This document shows positions 24,749 through 33,768 of a stretch of 33,768 nt of DNA, piece by piece. The stretch is from IMG/VR virus record IMGVR_UViG_3300011339_000560, positions 1 through 33,768 of that record, one strand, 5' to 3'. The notes beneath the pieces are model-generated. The model was not told the DNA's origin and did no database searches. It worked only from the letters and a program-made list of their open reading frames with translations. Position 1 is the first letter of the stretch; every line of letters starts with the position of its first letter. The DNA is from a virus. Taxonomy: Duplodnaviria; Caudoviricetes. The position numbers and the translations under genes are program-made.

Positions 24749-26373
24749 TGCGTATACCTCAAAATGACTTATTGAGAGAACAGTTCTACCGTGACCTGAT
24801 AGAAAAGTGCATGGTGTCCTTGCAAGAACGCAAAGGGGACTATGCCTCTCTCAGAGCCTTCTACCTCTTTGGTGGTGGTCCAGATGAGTCACCCGCAATC
24901 TTCAACAAAATCTATCCCCACATTGACCAGCTAACTTCCTTTCTGTACTCAGCAGAAACGACTCGCTTCTCTATCAATGTCGGGGCTTCTGTCCCAGACC
25001 AAGAACAAATCAAAGTCCCTCGCCTGACTTTGGCGCTAAACGATGAATGGCTGAACTCCAACGCTGACCAAGTGTTTAGTTCTGCTCTCACATGGTCGTT
25101 AGTGTTCAACTCAACATTTGTCAAACTTGTCTACAACAACGGCATCCACCCCTACATGGTCGAGCCAGCCAGCATTGGCGTATTGCGTGAAGACACCCCC
25201 TATACAGATAGGCAAGAAGCTATCGTTCAAACTTACTACATTACCAAGTCTGAGCTTTATGCCCGTCTGTATTCCCATCCCAAGCGTGTGTCAATCGTCA
25301 AGCGCATAACAACAAGCGTACACACCAAGACCGAAGATTTGCCAGAGGGCGTTGACCGACTCATCATGTCGCAGTCAAACCCCACTATCTACGGTAACGT
25401 GAACCTCGACCTCTTTGGCATGAACCGCTACAAAGCGCGTGTGGCTGAAGAGACAGTCAAGATGTATGAGCTGTGGGTGTGGAATGACGAGACTCAGGAC
25501 TATCAATGCGTCACTATGGCTGAACCAGATGTGTTCATCTATGACAGAGCTGGCGCATCTATGTTCCTCAAAGGCGAGTTGCCCTTTGTGCAGATTTGTC
25601 CAAACCCACAGTTTGACTACTACTGGGGACAGTCCGAGGTTTCCCGCCTTATCTTCTTGCAACAGTTACGCAATAACCGCATGACTGAAATCCTTGATTT
25701 GCTCTCCAAGCAAGTCAACCCGCCAACTGCCTTGACAGGCTTTACTGGCATCTTGGATGAGAAGAACTTTGCGCTAAACCGTGCTGGTGGTTTACTGGCT
25801 ACCGATATGCCCAATGCCAAGGCTGACCGACTTGCCCCTGATATGCCTTCATCTCTCTTTGAGGTCATTCACGAAGTAGACAATATGTTCTCAGAAGTCT
25901 CAGGCATCTCCTCTGTCCTCCAAGGCAAAGGCGAGTCTGGTGTTCGCTCTTCTGGTCACGCCTCTCAACTTGCCCGACTAGGTTCTTCCCGCGCCAAGAA
26001 ACGCGCCCTGATTGTCGAAGACTCTCTAGAAAAAGTGGCTACGCTGTATCTGAAACTGATGCAAGCGTATGACAAGACGCACTTCAAGGACGAAGACGGG
26101 AGGCAATTTATTGCCGAGCAGTTCACCAAAGACTATGTGGTCAAGGTGGACGCTCACTCTAACTCGCCCATCTTCACAGAAGACTTGCGCCAGTTAGCGT
26201 TCAATCTCTTCAAAGCCAAGGCTATCGACACCGAGTCACTACTTGACTTGCTAGAGCCTCCGATGAAACAATTGCTCAAAGACAAGCTGAAGAAAAAGGA
26301 AGCTATGCAAGCTGCCCAACCTCAACAGCAAGAACCTCCCAAGCGGGAGAAACCTGACTTGAAAGCACTCTAA
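24748..26373 (+). CDS. Portal protein
   Basis: 541 aa, between terL and head genes; FNKIYPHID, YYWGQSEV..L..LQ..RN, SGISSVLQG are podoviral portal-like motifs. Confidence 0.8.
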   Translation: MRIPQNDLLREQFYRDLIEKCMVSLQERKGDYASLRAFYLFGGGPDESPAIFNKIYPHIDQLTSFLYSAETTRFSINVGASVPDQEQIKVPRLTLALNDEWLNSNADQVFSSALTWSLVFNSTFVKLVYNNGIHPYMVEPASIGVLREDTPYTDRQEAIVQTYYITKSELYARLYSHPKRVSIVKRITTSVHTKTEDLPEGVDRLIMSQSNPTIYGNVNLDLFGMNRYKARVAEETVKMYELWVWNDETQDYQCVTMAEPDVFIYDRAGASMFLKGELPFVQICPNPQFDYYWGQSEVSRLIFLQQLRNNRMTEILDLLSKQVNPPTALTGFTGILDEKNFALNRAGGLLATDMPNAKADRLAPDMPSSLFEVIHEVDNMFSEVSGISSVLQGKGESGVRSSGHASQLARLGSSRAKKRALIVEDSLEKVATLYLKLMQAYDKTHFKDEDGRQFIAEQFTKDYVVKVDAHSNSPIFTEDLRQLAFNLFKAKAIDTESLLDLLEPPMKQLLKDKLKKKEAMQAAQPQQQEPPKREKPDLKAL

Positions 26374-26546
26374 TGGCAACTCAGCAACTCACTCCTAAAG
26401 CAGACCAACCCAGAGTAACTACTGGCGAACTAGGTCGTGCGGAGAAGTCTGGTGCTGGTGGACAATTGCAATACAAGAATGTTGATGTTAGAGTCAACCC
26501 GGCAGTCAAAGCACAACGCTCGATGAGAGCAATCAAACGAACATAG
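26373..26546 (+). CDS. Small protein (57 aa, not in track)
   Basis: TAATG-coupled to portal; MATQQLTPKADQPRVTT...MRAIKRT. Confidence 0.65.
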   Translation: MATQQLTPKADQPRVTTGELGRAEKSGAGGQLQYKNVDVRVNPAVKAQRSMRAIKRT

Positions 26547-26552
26547 GAGTAC

Positions 26553-26600
26553 ATGATGTACGGCAAGAAAACAAAACGCAGTCGTAAGTCCTGTCGTTAA
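26553..26600 (+). CDS. Basic micropeptide MMYGKKTKRSRKSCR
   Basis: AGGAG RBS at 26545-26549. Confidence 0.5.
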   Translation: MMYGKKTKRSRKSCR

Positions 26601-26677
26601 AAGTTTCCCCGAAAGGGAAAAGGGGTGTGGCTTACTTCCCCAACCAAAGTTCGCCGCCTCTAACTATGGAGAAGACT

Positions 26678-26716
26678 ATGCGTAAAGCACGTAAAGGTCG
26701 TAAGAGCCGCAAGTAA
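26678..26716 (+). CDS. Protamine-like micropeptide MRKARKGRKSRK
   Basis: GGAG RBS 6 nt upstream; CGT/AAA/AAG codons. Confidence 0.55.
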   Translation: MRKARKGRKSRK

Positions 26717-26799
26717 TTAACGGGGGTTCGCCCCTGTTGATTGCACGGTTTGACCGTTCAAATTCCTACGGGGGGCTGGAATCCAAACTTGCCCCTCAC

Positions 26800-26827
26800 T
26801 TGACAAACTACAATAGTTTGGTTTAAT
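26800..26827 (+). promoter_or_regulatory. Candidate late promoter with palindromic spacer
   Basis: TTGACA-N16-TTTAAT with extended TG; inverted repeat CAAACTA-caa-TAGTTTG at 26804-26820. Confidence 0.5.
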
Positions 26828-26856
26828 CCGAACTGTTGAACAGATAGAGGGCATTT

Positions 26857-27342
26857 ATGGCAGACGAAAAAATGATGGAATTGATACGCACACAGCAGGG
26901 TGGCACACCTCCTGCTCCTGAAGCGTCAATGTCAGATGCGTCAACTCCTCCGATGTCTGCCCCCATGTCTACGCCTGAACCCAAGATGGGAAACAAAGAA
27001 GGCGCTCTAGTTAACATAAGTATGGCAATGGACTTAATCGAGCAAGCCTTGCCAAGCCTCGGTAGCGAGTCTGAAGAAGGTCAAAAGGCACTTGCTGCCA
27101 TTCGCAGTCTGACTGGACTGCTCGGACCGAAGAAACAAAAAACTGGTGAATTACAGCAGTCTGAGATTATTCAGATGCTACAAAACTTGCCTCAAGCTGG
27201 TGGTGCTACGCCAGAAGGTCGCGCAATGTCTCAAGCCCCGGCTGTTCCCAACTTGCCGCCAATGCCGGGCGCAGCCCCTAGCCCCATGTCAATGCCGGGT
27301 GCTGGTGGAGGCGGTGCTTCTCCTCAACCAACTCCAATGTAA
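26857..27342 (+). CDS. Pro/Met-rich head-module protein
   Basis: RBS GAGGG; low-complexity ends with helical core. Confidence 0.7.
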   Translation: MADEKMMELIRTQQGGTPPAPEASMSDASTPPMSAPMSTPEPKMGNKEGALVNISMAMDLIEQALPSLGSESEEGQKALAAIRSLTGLLGPKKQKTGELQQSEIIQMLQNLPQAGGATPEGRAMSQAPAVPNLPPMPGAAPSPMSMPGAGGGGASPQPTPM

Positions 27343-27351
27343 GGAAAAATC

Positions 27352-27537
27352 ATGGACTTATTTAAGCCCCGTGGCGCTAACACCCCACGCAGACCCACAG
27401 ACAACAACCAACAAAATGGTGTTGTAACCAACACTCCACGCTTCTCACAATTGGGTGGCTTGGACCAAGCAAACGCTATCGGTGCTAAGAACAAGATGCA
27501 AGTTCAAAAGCCCGGTGACGGCAAAAAAGTAATTTAA
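27352..27537 (+). CDS. Small head-module protein
   Basis: RBS AAGGA; 61 aa. Confidence 0.7.
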   Translation: MDLFKPRGANTPRRPTDNNQQNGVVTNTPRFSQLGGLDQANAIGAKNKMQVQKPGDGKKVI

Positions 27538-27555
27538 TTTCGTTAGGGGATAACT

Positions 27556-28086
27556 ATGAGTTTAGAAGATATGAGCTTTGAGCAGCGCGACCAAATGGCG
27601 TTGCTTATGCGTGAGTTGTCAGACAATCCTGAGACTCGGAAAGAAATTCTGCGCTTGACCAAGAAGGTTAAGCCCGGTTTAGTCATTCCTGAGTTGGATA
27701 TTGAAGAACACACTCACTCGGCTGTTTCTGCTGCTAACAAGCGTGTCGAGGACTTAGAAGCCAAGATGCGTGAGAAGGAAGCTGTTGCAGACCTTGAGGC
27801 TCGGAGAATGAAACTCATTAAGAAGGGCTTGATTCAAGACGAAAGCGAAATTGAACAAGTCGAGAAAATAATGCTTGATAAGGGCATTACGAATCACGAA
27901 TCGGCTGCGGAATACTGGCAATGGATGAAACAATCCGCAGTACCCACACCGACTGGCTACAACCCAAGCGCTGTTGCGAAGTTCGACTTAGGTAAATACT
28001 ATAAGAACCCAGTTATGGCGGCACGGGACGAAGCCTCGAAAGCGCTCAATGAGTTGCGGAGAAATCCACGACCCATTGGTTTGTAA
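27556..28086 (+). CDS. Putative scaffolding protein
   Basis: Charged coiled-coil protein directly upstream of the capsid gene. Confidence 0.6.
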   Translation: MSLEDMSFEQRDQMALLMRELSDNPETRKEILRLTKKVKPGLVIPELDIEEHTHSAVSAANKRVEDLEAKMREKEAVADLEARRMKLIKKGLIQDESEIEQVEKIMLDKGITNHESAAEYWQWMKQSAVPTPTGYNPSAVAKFDLGKYYKNPVMAARDEASKALNELRRNPRPIGL

Positions 28087-28115
28087 ACAGGGGATATTTT
28101 TTTTAGGAGATAACC

Positions 28116-29117
28116 ATGCCTATAGGTGGCGGTATCGTTCCAGCAACGGGTTCAACTCAATACACCGAGTTGACATACGTCACAAGACGTGCGTTTATCC
28201 CAAAGCTGGTCGTCCAACTTTATAACTCTACGCCCTTGATGGCGGCTTTGATTGCTAACAGTCAAACTGCTTCAGGTGGTGTTTCTTCTGTAACCGTTCC
28301 CGTTCAGGGCGCTCAGTTTGTAAACGCTCAATGGTCTGACTACTCTGGTTCATTCAACCAGCCTTCAGTCCAGCAAGGTGCTTTCAACGCTGAATTCGAC
28401 TTGAAGCTGATGATTGCCCCAGTACCGTTCCTCGGTATGGAAGGTGCAGTTCAGCAAGACGCTGCAATCATTCCTTTGATTGAAGCCCGTATGAACGATG
28501 CGACAAACGTGATGATGGATGCAATGGCTACTGCCTTGTACACCAACAGCACAAACACTCAGCAATTCACAGGACTTCCTGCTGCCGTTTCTGCCTCTGG
28601 CACTTATGGCAACATCAGCCGTTCTGCTTATAGCTGGTGGCAGTCAAAGGCTTACTCAGCCGGTAACGTCAACCCAACCCGTCAAAACATCTTGCAGTAC
28701 ATCTCTGGTACTGTGAAAAATGGTGCTGAAGTACCTTCTTTCGGTGTTTGCGGATTCGGTACTTGGACATTATTGGCTCAAGACTTTGTTGGTCAAGAGC
28801 AATATGTAATCACACCCGGTCACGGTTTTGATGGCGATGCTAACGGTCCTCAAGCCGCTTTCCGCGCTTTGATGGTTGCTGGTGTGCCAATCTATCCAGA
28901 CCCATACTGCCCAGAAGGTACTGTGTACTTCCTGAACACTAACTATCTCTCGCTCTATGTCCATGAGCAAGGTTCGTTCGTGTTTACAGGATTCGAGTCC
29001 ACACTCCCCAACTGGCAAATCGGTTATGTTGGTGCTGTGCTGATGATTGCGGAAATGGTTTCGACCAAGCCGAAGTCAATGGCGGTAGTGTCTGGTTACA
29101 ACTCTTTGTCACTATAA
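28116..29117 (+). CDS. Major capsid protein
   Basis: 333 aa, strong AGGAG RBS, biased codons, HK97-fold-like pattern (GVPIYPDPYCP.GTVYFLNTNYL); position after scaffold. Confidence 0.85.
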   Translation: MPIGGGIVPATGSTQYTELTYVTRRAFIPKLVVQLYNSTPLMAALIANSQTASGGVSSVTVPVQGAQFVNAQWSDYSGSFNQPSVQQGAFNAEFDLKLMIAPVPFLGMEGAVQQDAAIIPLIEARMNDATNVMMDAMATALYTNSTNTQQFTGLPAAVSASGTYGNISRSAYSWWQSKAYSAGNVNPTRQNILQYISGTVKNGAEVPSFGVCGFGTWTLLAQDFVGQEQYVITPGHGFDGDANGPQAAFRALMVAGVPIYPDPYCPEGTVYFLNTNYLSLYVHEQGSFVFTGFESTLPNWQIGYVGAVLMIAEMVSTKPKSMAVVSGYNSLSL

Positions 29118-29130
29118 GGAGCAATAAACC

Positions 29131-29457
29131 ATGTCATTAAGCACAAATAAAATCATCCTTGCAAGCGCACAAACCAATACGGCTGGTGCGTACTTCCTGA
29201 CTACGACTGTCACGGCTGTTAGTACTGGTAACGGTACTGTCATTCCTGCTGGCGTATATGTGATGTTCCCACAGGCAAACACTTCTGTTATTGCTTACAA
29301 CGGCTCTTCTAATGCAACTGTTATGGCTGCAAACGTAGGTGGCGTTGTTATCTCTGATGGTGTGAACGTCTATGCGAAGACTACCGCTTCTAGCGATGTT
29401 GTGACTCTGTTGGCTACCAACGGTGGTCAAGCAGTCTCTGGCACTTACAACAGTTAA
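29131..29457 (+). CDS. Putative capsid decoration/minor virion protein
   Basis: AAGGAG RBS; beta-rich T/A/V/N composition, right after MCP. Confidence 0.6.
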   Translation: MSLSTNKIILASAQTNTAGAYFLTTTVTAVSTGNGTVIPAGVYVMFPQANTSVIAYNGSSNATVMAANVGGVVISDGVNVYAKTTASSDVVTLLATNGGQAVSGTYNS

Positions 29458-29466
29458 GGAGACACA

Positions 29467-29916
29467 ATGGCTAATCCTGATGCAGTCGGTCAAAATACCC
29501 CGGATAGCTTTGGCAATTATGCAATTGCTTCTGCTCAAGGCGTATCTTTGGCAACTACTGGAAATGCTGTTGTTGCCCTGCCCATCCTCAAGGGTGGGCT
29601 TACTGCTGGAAATAGCGTAGCGACTTCTGGTGCAATTATTGTTCGGAGAATAACGATTCAGAACCCAAGCGCAAGCGTGGCTACTGGAAACGTAACTATC
29701 TATACGAGCAATGACGGCAACGCTAGCAACATTGTTGCAAACGCTGTTACTTTAAGCAGTTTGTCGGCTACTGGAACATTCCAAGACATTCCGTTAACTA
29801 CGGGTGGCAATGTGATTGTTTCTGGTTACAACACGCAAGCCTTGTATGTGAAGGTCGGTACTGCCGTTTCAGGCACAGTCGATATTCGCGTATATGGTGA
29901 CACAGTAAACTTCTAA
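29467..29916 (+). CDS. Putative minor virion protein
   Basis: AAGGAG RBS; beta-rich, ends VDIRVYGD. Confidence 0.6.
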   Translation: MANPDAVGQNTPDSFGNYAIASAQGVSLATTGNAVVALPILKGGLTAGNSVATSGAIIVRRITIQNPSASVATGNVTIYTSNDGNASNIVANAVTLSSLSATGTFQDIPLTTGGNVIVSGYNTQALYVKVGTAVSGTVDIRVYGDTVNF

Positions 29917-29920
29917 AACC

Positions 29921-30259
29921 ATGCAAACCCTTTATGTGACAAACAAATGGGAAAAACCCATTACATTCAATTACGAGTTCAAACCGTATACCTTCCCAGT
30001 AGGGCAAACGGTTGAAGCTCCGCAGGATGCCGTTTGTCACATATTTGGGTATGGTGACCCCGATAAAGAACATTACATGGCTCGGCTTGCCTTGATTCAA
30101 ACGAAGAACGACATTCCTGAAGGACTGAAGATTCTCTCGAAGATTGAAATCTCTGATAAGCCACCCATGAAAGACCACTTGTTATCCCCGGTGGTTGAAA
30201 GAGTACCTCTGCCTTCCAAGAAGGTAGGGGGAAAAATCAACTCGCAAAACGATGGATAA
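29921..30259 (+). CDS. Hypothetical head-completion-region protein
   Basis: 112 aa in a packed operon. Confidence 0.65.
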   Translation: MQTLYVTNKWEKPITFNYEFKPYTFPVGQTVEAPQDAVCHIFGYGDPDKEHYMARLALIQTKNDIPEGLKILSKIEISDKPPMKDHLLSPVVERVPLPSKKVGGKINSQNDG

Positions 30260-30262
30260 CGC

Positions 30263-31117
30263 ATGGCTCAAACACTCCAAAGCTATATCACGCAAGTTAG
30301 ATATTTGCTGCATGACGCGCAAGCTAACTTCTACACTAATGACCAGCTAACAGGCTACATCAATAGTGCGCGTGAGCGTGTCGTGCGCGACACAGGGTGT
30401 CTGAGAACCGTCCAAGTCTCCCAAACGCCAGCACCTCCCGTAGCGGGGGGAAGCAACCCAGTCATCTGGGCTAGTGGACTCGCTGTTACTGCTGGTCAGT
30501 ATGTTTTCTCAAACATCTACATTTACCAGATAGTTACGGGTGGAACACTAGGCTCTGAAGTGCCACCGTATCCTTCTGCTAACTACGTCTATCCACCGTC
30601 AGGCACATTGACGTTAACAGACAGCTCGGTGACCTACCAGTATGTCGGTCCTTGCGAGGTTATCAACTTTGCTGCTTTGCCCTCTGGTGTGCTGACGCTA
30701 GATATTTTGAATATCAATTTGTACTGGGGCAACTCAAGAATCCCATTACGGTATTTACCTTGGACTGACTTTAATGCTCAACTGCGTTATTGGCAGAACA
30801 ATGTTCAGCGACCTATTTGCTTTAGCATTTATGGTCAATCTCAAATTTATGTCGGACCAGTACCAGACCAAGCCTATGTGATTGACTTGGATACGGTTAT
30901 TCTGCCAACTGCTATGGTCAATCTGTCTGATACAGATACCATCATCGACCCCTACGATACTGTTGTTCAGTTCTATGCTGCACACTTAGCCAAATACTAT
31001 GAACAGTCCTTTGGGGAAGCTGAAATCTACTTGCAGCAGTACAAGCAGAAAACTCAATCGGTGTTGGCATCTGTATTTACAAGAAGGATACCAACCCCGT
31101 ACTCAACCCCGTACTAA
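30263..31117 (+). CDS. Head-to-tail adaptor protein
   Basis: TL..YITQVRYLLHD...LTGYINSAR, IYVGPVPDQAY, YAAHLAK adaptor-like motifs; position before nozzle. Confidence 0.7.
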   Translation: MAQTLQSYITQVRYLLHDAQANFYTNDQLTGYINSARERVVRDTGCLRTVQVSQTPAPPVAGGSNPVIWASGLAVTAGQYVFSNIYIYQIVTGGTLGSEVPPYPSANYVYPPSGTLTLTDSSVTYQYVGPCEVINFAALPSGVLTLDILNINLYWGNSRIPLRYLPWTDFNAQLRYWQNNVQRPICFSIYGQSQIYVGPVPDQAYVIDLDTVILPTAMVNLSDTDTIIDPYDTVVQFYAAHLAKYYEQSFGEAEIYLQQYKQKTQSVLASVFTRRIPTPYSTPY

Positions 31118-31120
31118 GAC

Positions 31121-33100
31121 ATGGCAGCCGCAGAGCAAAAAAAATCCTACGAGGTTGTCAAGCAGTTCAAGGGTGTAAACACCAAGGCGAACAGAACGGC
31201 TATTGGTGACGATGAGTTCTACTGGCTTGAGAACGCTATGCCCGTTGGCTATGGCAACCTCAAGATTACGCCTACCTACTCTAATGTCGGTAGCGTTACA
31301 TTCGCTAATACAACTACCTTCTTCTGTTCAGCCAATATTGGTTTGATTGATTACCTGATTTCGTTTCAGGCAGATGGCTCGGCTGAGTATGTGCGCTTGG
31401 ACACAAACGCCAAGGGAACGATTGCTGCGGCTGGAACTTTCAGCGCGTCAGGGGTCAACATCTCCCAATGGAAGAACGACCGTGTTCTGATTGGTGACCC
31501 TGCCAAGGGTTATTTCACTTGGGATGGCACAAACCTCATCTTTATTGGCTCTGTAGGGCAGATTGGCATTGTGCAGGGCGGTTCAGGATACTCTTCTGCG
31601 CCAGCAGTCATCATCTCTGCGCCTAACACGGCTAATGGTGTGCAAGCCACGGCTACTGCTACCATCACGGCTAATGCGGTATCTTCCATCACAATTACAG
31701 AAGCTGGCACGGGCTATACAAGCGCACCTACCGTTACTTTTAATGGTGGCGGTGGCTCTGGCGCTAATGCAGTAGCTGGAATCACTACTTTTGCAACGGG
31801 AACAGTCTCAGTCTTAGTGACTGCTGGTGGCACGGGTTATACCAATGCGTCTAACCTGACTGTCACTATTGCTGGTGGCGGTGGTGCTAATGCGACTGCC
31901 CAAGGCATTGTCTCTGGCGGTATCGTTACCCAAGTCGTGATGACCAATGTCGGTAGTGGTTACACCAACTCCTCTAACATCACGGTGACCATAGCGGGTG
32001 GAGGCGGTTCTAACGCTACAGCCAAGGCAATCATCAATACTGAGCCAGTAGTAGGCATCCAGTCGTTCTCAGGTCGTGTTTGGATAGCCAATGGACGCAC
32101 AGTCACCTATTCAGGCGCAGGGTCGTATAGCAACTTCACAAGCATCTCTGCTGGACAAGTCACGCTGACTGACGCAACCTTGCACGGCAACATTACACAG
32201 TTGCTCTCGGCTAACAACTTCCTCTACATTTTTGGCGATGATTCCATCAACGTCTTCTCTGATGTGCGGGTGACTACGGCTGGCACAACGCTGTTTACAA
32301 ACACAAACGTGAGTGCGTCTGTTGGCTCTAAGTTGCCATACGCCATTTACCCTTATTTCAGGTCTGTTTTGTTTATGAACGACTATGGGGTGTATGCCCT
32401 AGTCGGCTCTACAACGACCAAAGTCTCAGATGCCCTTGATGGGGTTTTCCCTTACATTGATTTTACAAGCCCTGTTTATGCGGGTCAGGTGTTGTTGAAC
32501 AACATTCTGTGCGCTGCCTTCAACTTTAAATATACGGGTGGACTAGGAACTTCTAGCTCTAGTCGGTACATCCAAGCCATATTCTTTGAGAAAAAGTGGT
32601 TCTTTACTAGCGCTGATAGCACCTTGGCTTACATAGCTTCTGCTCCGCTAGGTGGCAGGATTAACCTTTATGGCTCAAACGGCAACTCATGTGTGCGTTT
32701 GTATTCAGATTCGTCTTCTAGCATTAACAGTTATGTTCAGACATCTCTGAATCCCATGAAAGACCCGATACGCACCAAGCAAGCCTTGAAGGTGGGTATT
32801 GAGGCTACCTTGACCAATTCAGCTCAGTTGACTGTAACGGTTGACTCAGAATCAGGGGCTAGTACGCCAGTTCTACTTGGACAAGTTGTCAATTGGATTA
32901 ATAATCTGAGTATTGTGATTCCGTGGAAGAACAACAGCAACACGGAAATCAGTTGGTATGGTGGTGGTACGGGTTACACCTTATACAAGACAGATGCGAA
33001 GCAATGGGGCAAGTATTTGGGTATGACGGTGACATCAAGCAGTTCAAATTTTACAATCAACGGGTTCGAGTACGAACACGAATTAAGAGTGAGGTTCTAA
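31121..33100 (+). CDS. Tail tubular/nozzle (stabilisation) protein with inserted Gly-rich repeats
   Basis: FKGVNT...WLENAMP N-terminus, beta-propeller-like body, four G.GY repeat units. Confidence 0.7.
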   Translation: MAAAEQKKSYEVVKQFKGVNTKANRTAIGDDEFYWLENAMPVGYGNLKITPTYSNVGSVTFANTTTFFCSANIGLIDYLISFQADGSAEYVRLDTNAKGTIAAAGTFSASGVNISQWKNDRVLIGDPAKGYFTWDGTNLIFIGSVGQIGIVQGGSGYSSAPAVIISAPNTANGVQATATATITANAVSSITITEAGTGYTSAPTVTFNGGGGSGANAVAGITTFATGTVSVLVTAGGTGYTNASNLTVTIAGGGGANATAQGIVSGGIVTQVVMTNVGSGYTNSSNITVTIAGGGGSNATAKAIINTEPVVGIQSFSGRVWIANGRTVTYSGAGSYSNFTSISAGQVTLTDATLHGNITQLLSANNFLYIFGDDSINVFSDVRVTTAGTTLFTNTNVSASVGSKLPYAIYPYFRSVLFMNDYGVYALVGSTTTKVSDALDGVFPYIDFTSPVYAGQVLLNNILCAAFNFKYTGGLGTSSSSRYIQAIFFEKKWFFTSADSTLAYIASAPLGGRINLYGSNGNSCVRLYSDSSSSINSYVQTSLNPMKDPIRTKQALKVGIEATLTNSAQLTVTVDSESGASTPVLLGQVVNWINNLSIVIPWKNNSNTEISWYGGGTGYTLYKTDAKQWGKYLGMTVTSSSSNFTINGFEYEHELRVRF

Positions 33101-33768
33101 ATGGCAGTTCCATATACCTTTGGTAGTGCAACAAGTAGTATTCCTTTGTCCCAGTTGGACAGCAACTTTGCTACAACTATTACGCTTGGTAACACAGCTA
33201 TCCAACTTGGAAATACTGTTACTACGCTAAACAACATGACGTATGCAAACGTCACTATCAGTAGTGTTGCAACGACTTTCCCAAACAACTTTTTGTCAAA
33301 CAGTACAGCGACGCTCGGTAATACGACTGTTACGCTTGGTGGAACAACATCATCTGTTGGCAATCTGACTGTAACAAACACGACTGTTACAGAGATGAAA
33401 GAGACTGCAACTGTCTCTGCTACTGCTTCTACTGGAACTATTAACTTTGATGTGTTGACGCAAGTAGTGTTGTACTACACAACCAATGCTAGTGGAAACT
33501 TTACTATCAACTTCAGAGGCAATAGCGGAACGACTCTAGATAGCGTTATGGCTACTGGTCAGTCTTTGTCTGCTACTTTCTTGTCAACACAAGGCTCTAC
33601 TGCTTACTACAACTCTGCTGTGACGATTGACGGAAACTCCGTCACTCCTAAGTGGCAAGGTGGTTCTGCACCTACTTCTGGCAATGCAAGTTCTGTGGAT
33701 GGTTACACCTATGTAATCATTAAAACTGGTAGTGCAACCTTTACAGTTTTAGCCTCGCAAACCAAGTT
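33101..33768 (+). CDS. Tail fibre protein, 3'-truncated (not in track)
   Basis: ATG 33101; MAVPYTFGSATSSIPLSQLDSNF... open to window end; C-terminal TPKWQGGSAPTSGNASSVDGYTYVIIKTG domain. Confidence 0.75.
   Translation, partial: MAVPYTFGSATSSIPLSQLDSNFATTITLGNTAIQLGNTVTTLNNMTYANVTISSVATTFPNNFLSNSTATLGNTTVTLGGTTSSVGNLTVTNTTVTEMKETATVSATASTGTINFDVLTQVVLYYTTNASGNFTINFRGNSGTTLDSVMATGQSLSATFLSTQGSTAYYNSAVTIDGNSVTPKWQGGSAPTSGNASSVDGYTYVIIKTGSATFTVLASQTK

Noticed and set aside
33760-33768. Terminal redundancy or circular overlap with the window start
   Set aside because: No meaningful overlap; the two ends lie in different parts of the fibre module, so some sequence is missing.

Overview
Near-complete genome of a small tailed dsDNA phage (Caudoviricetes, podovirus-like: no tape measure, sheath or tube genes, but large ejection-type proteins). 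It is linearised within the tail-fibre region, and both ends are truncated ORFs. The gene families resemble those of uncultured freshwater phages, with a betaproteobacterial host plausible (inference). A rightward arm (20.7 kb to the end, continuing at 1-12.8 kb) holds the terminase, portal, scaffold, major capsid, decoration, adaptor, nozzle, tail fibres, ejection proteins, holin, M15 endolysin, basic proteins and a methyltransferase. A leftward early arm (20.0 to 12.75 kb) holds ArdC, many small ORFs, a YqaJ exonuclease, a RecT-like annealase, an SSB-like protein, RusA and a GT-A glycosyltransferase. I recognised no polymerase, primase, helicase, initiator, integrase or tRNA. Most notable observations: (1) a start-less winged-HTH frame joined to the RecT-like gene by a dnaX/IS911-style -1 frameshift signal; (2) six TTCCTAAC boxes just upstream of early-gene RBSs, plus one complementary copy after rusA; (3) an oriC-like IHF/DnaA/AT-rich locus; (4) a promoter-driven structured non-coding RNA; (5) covarying intergenic hairpins; (6) protamine-like micropeptides. 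All calls come from reading the sequence by eye; no database searches were run.
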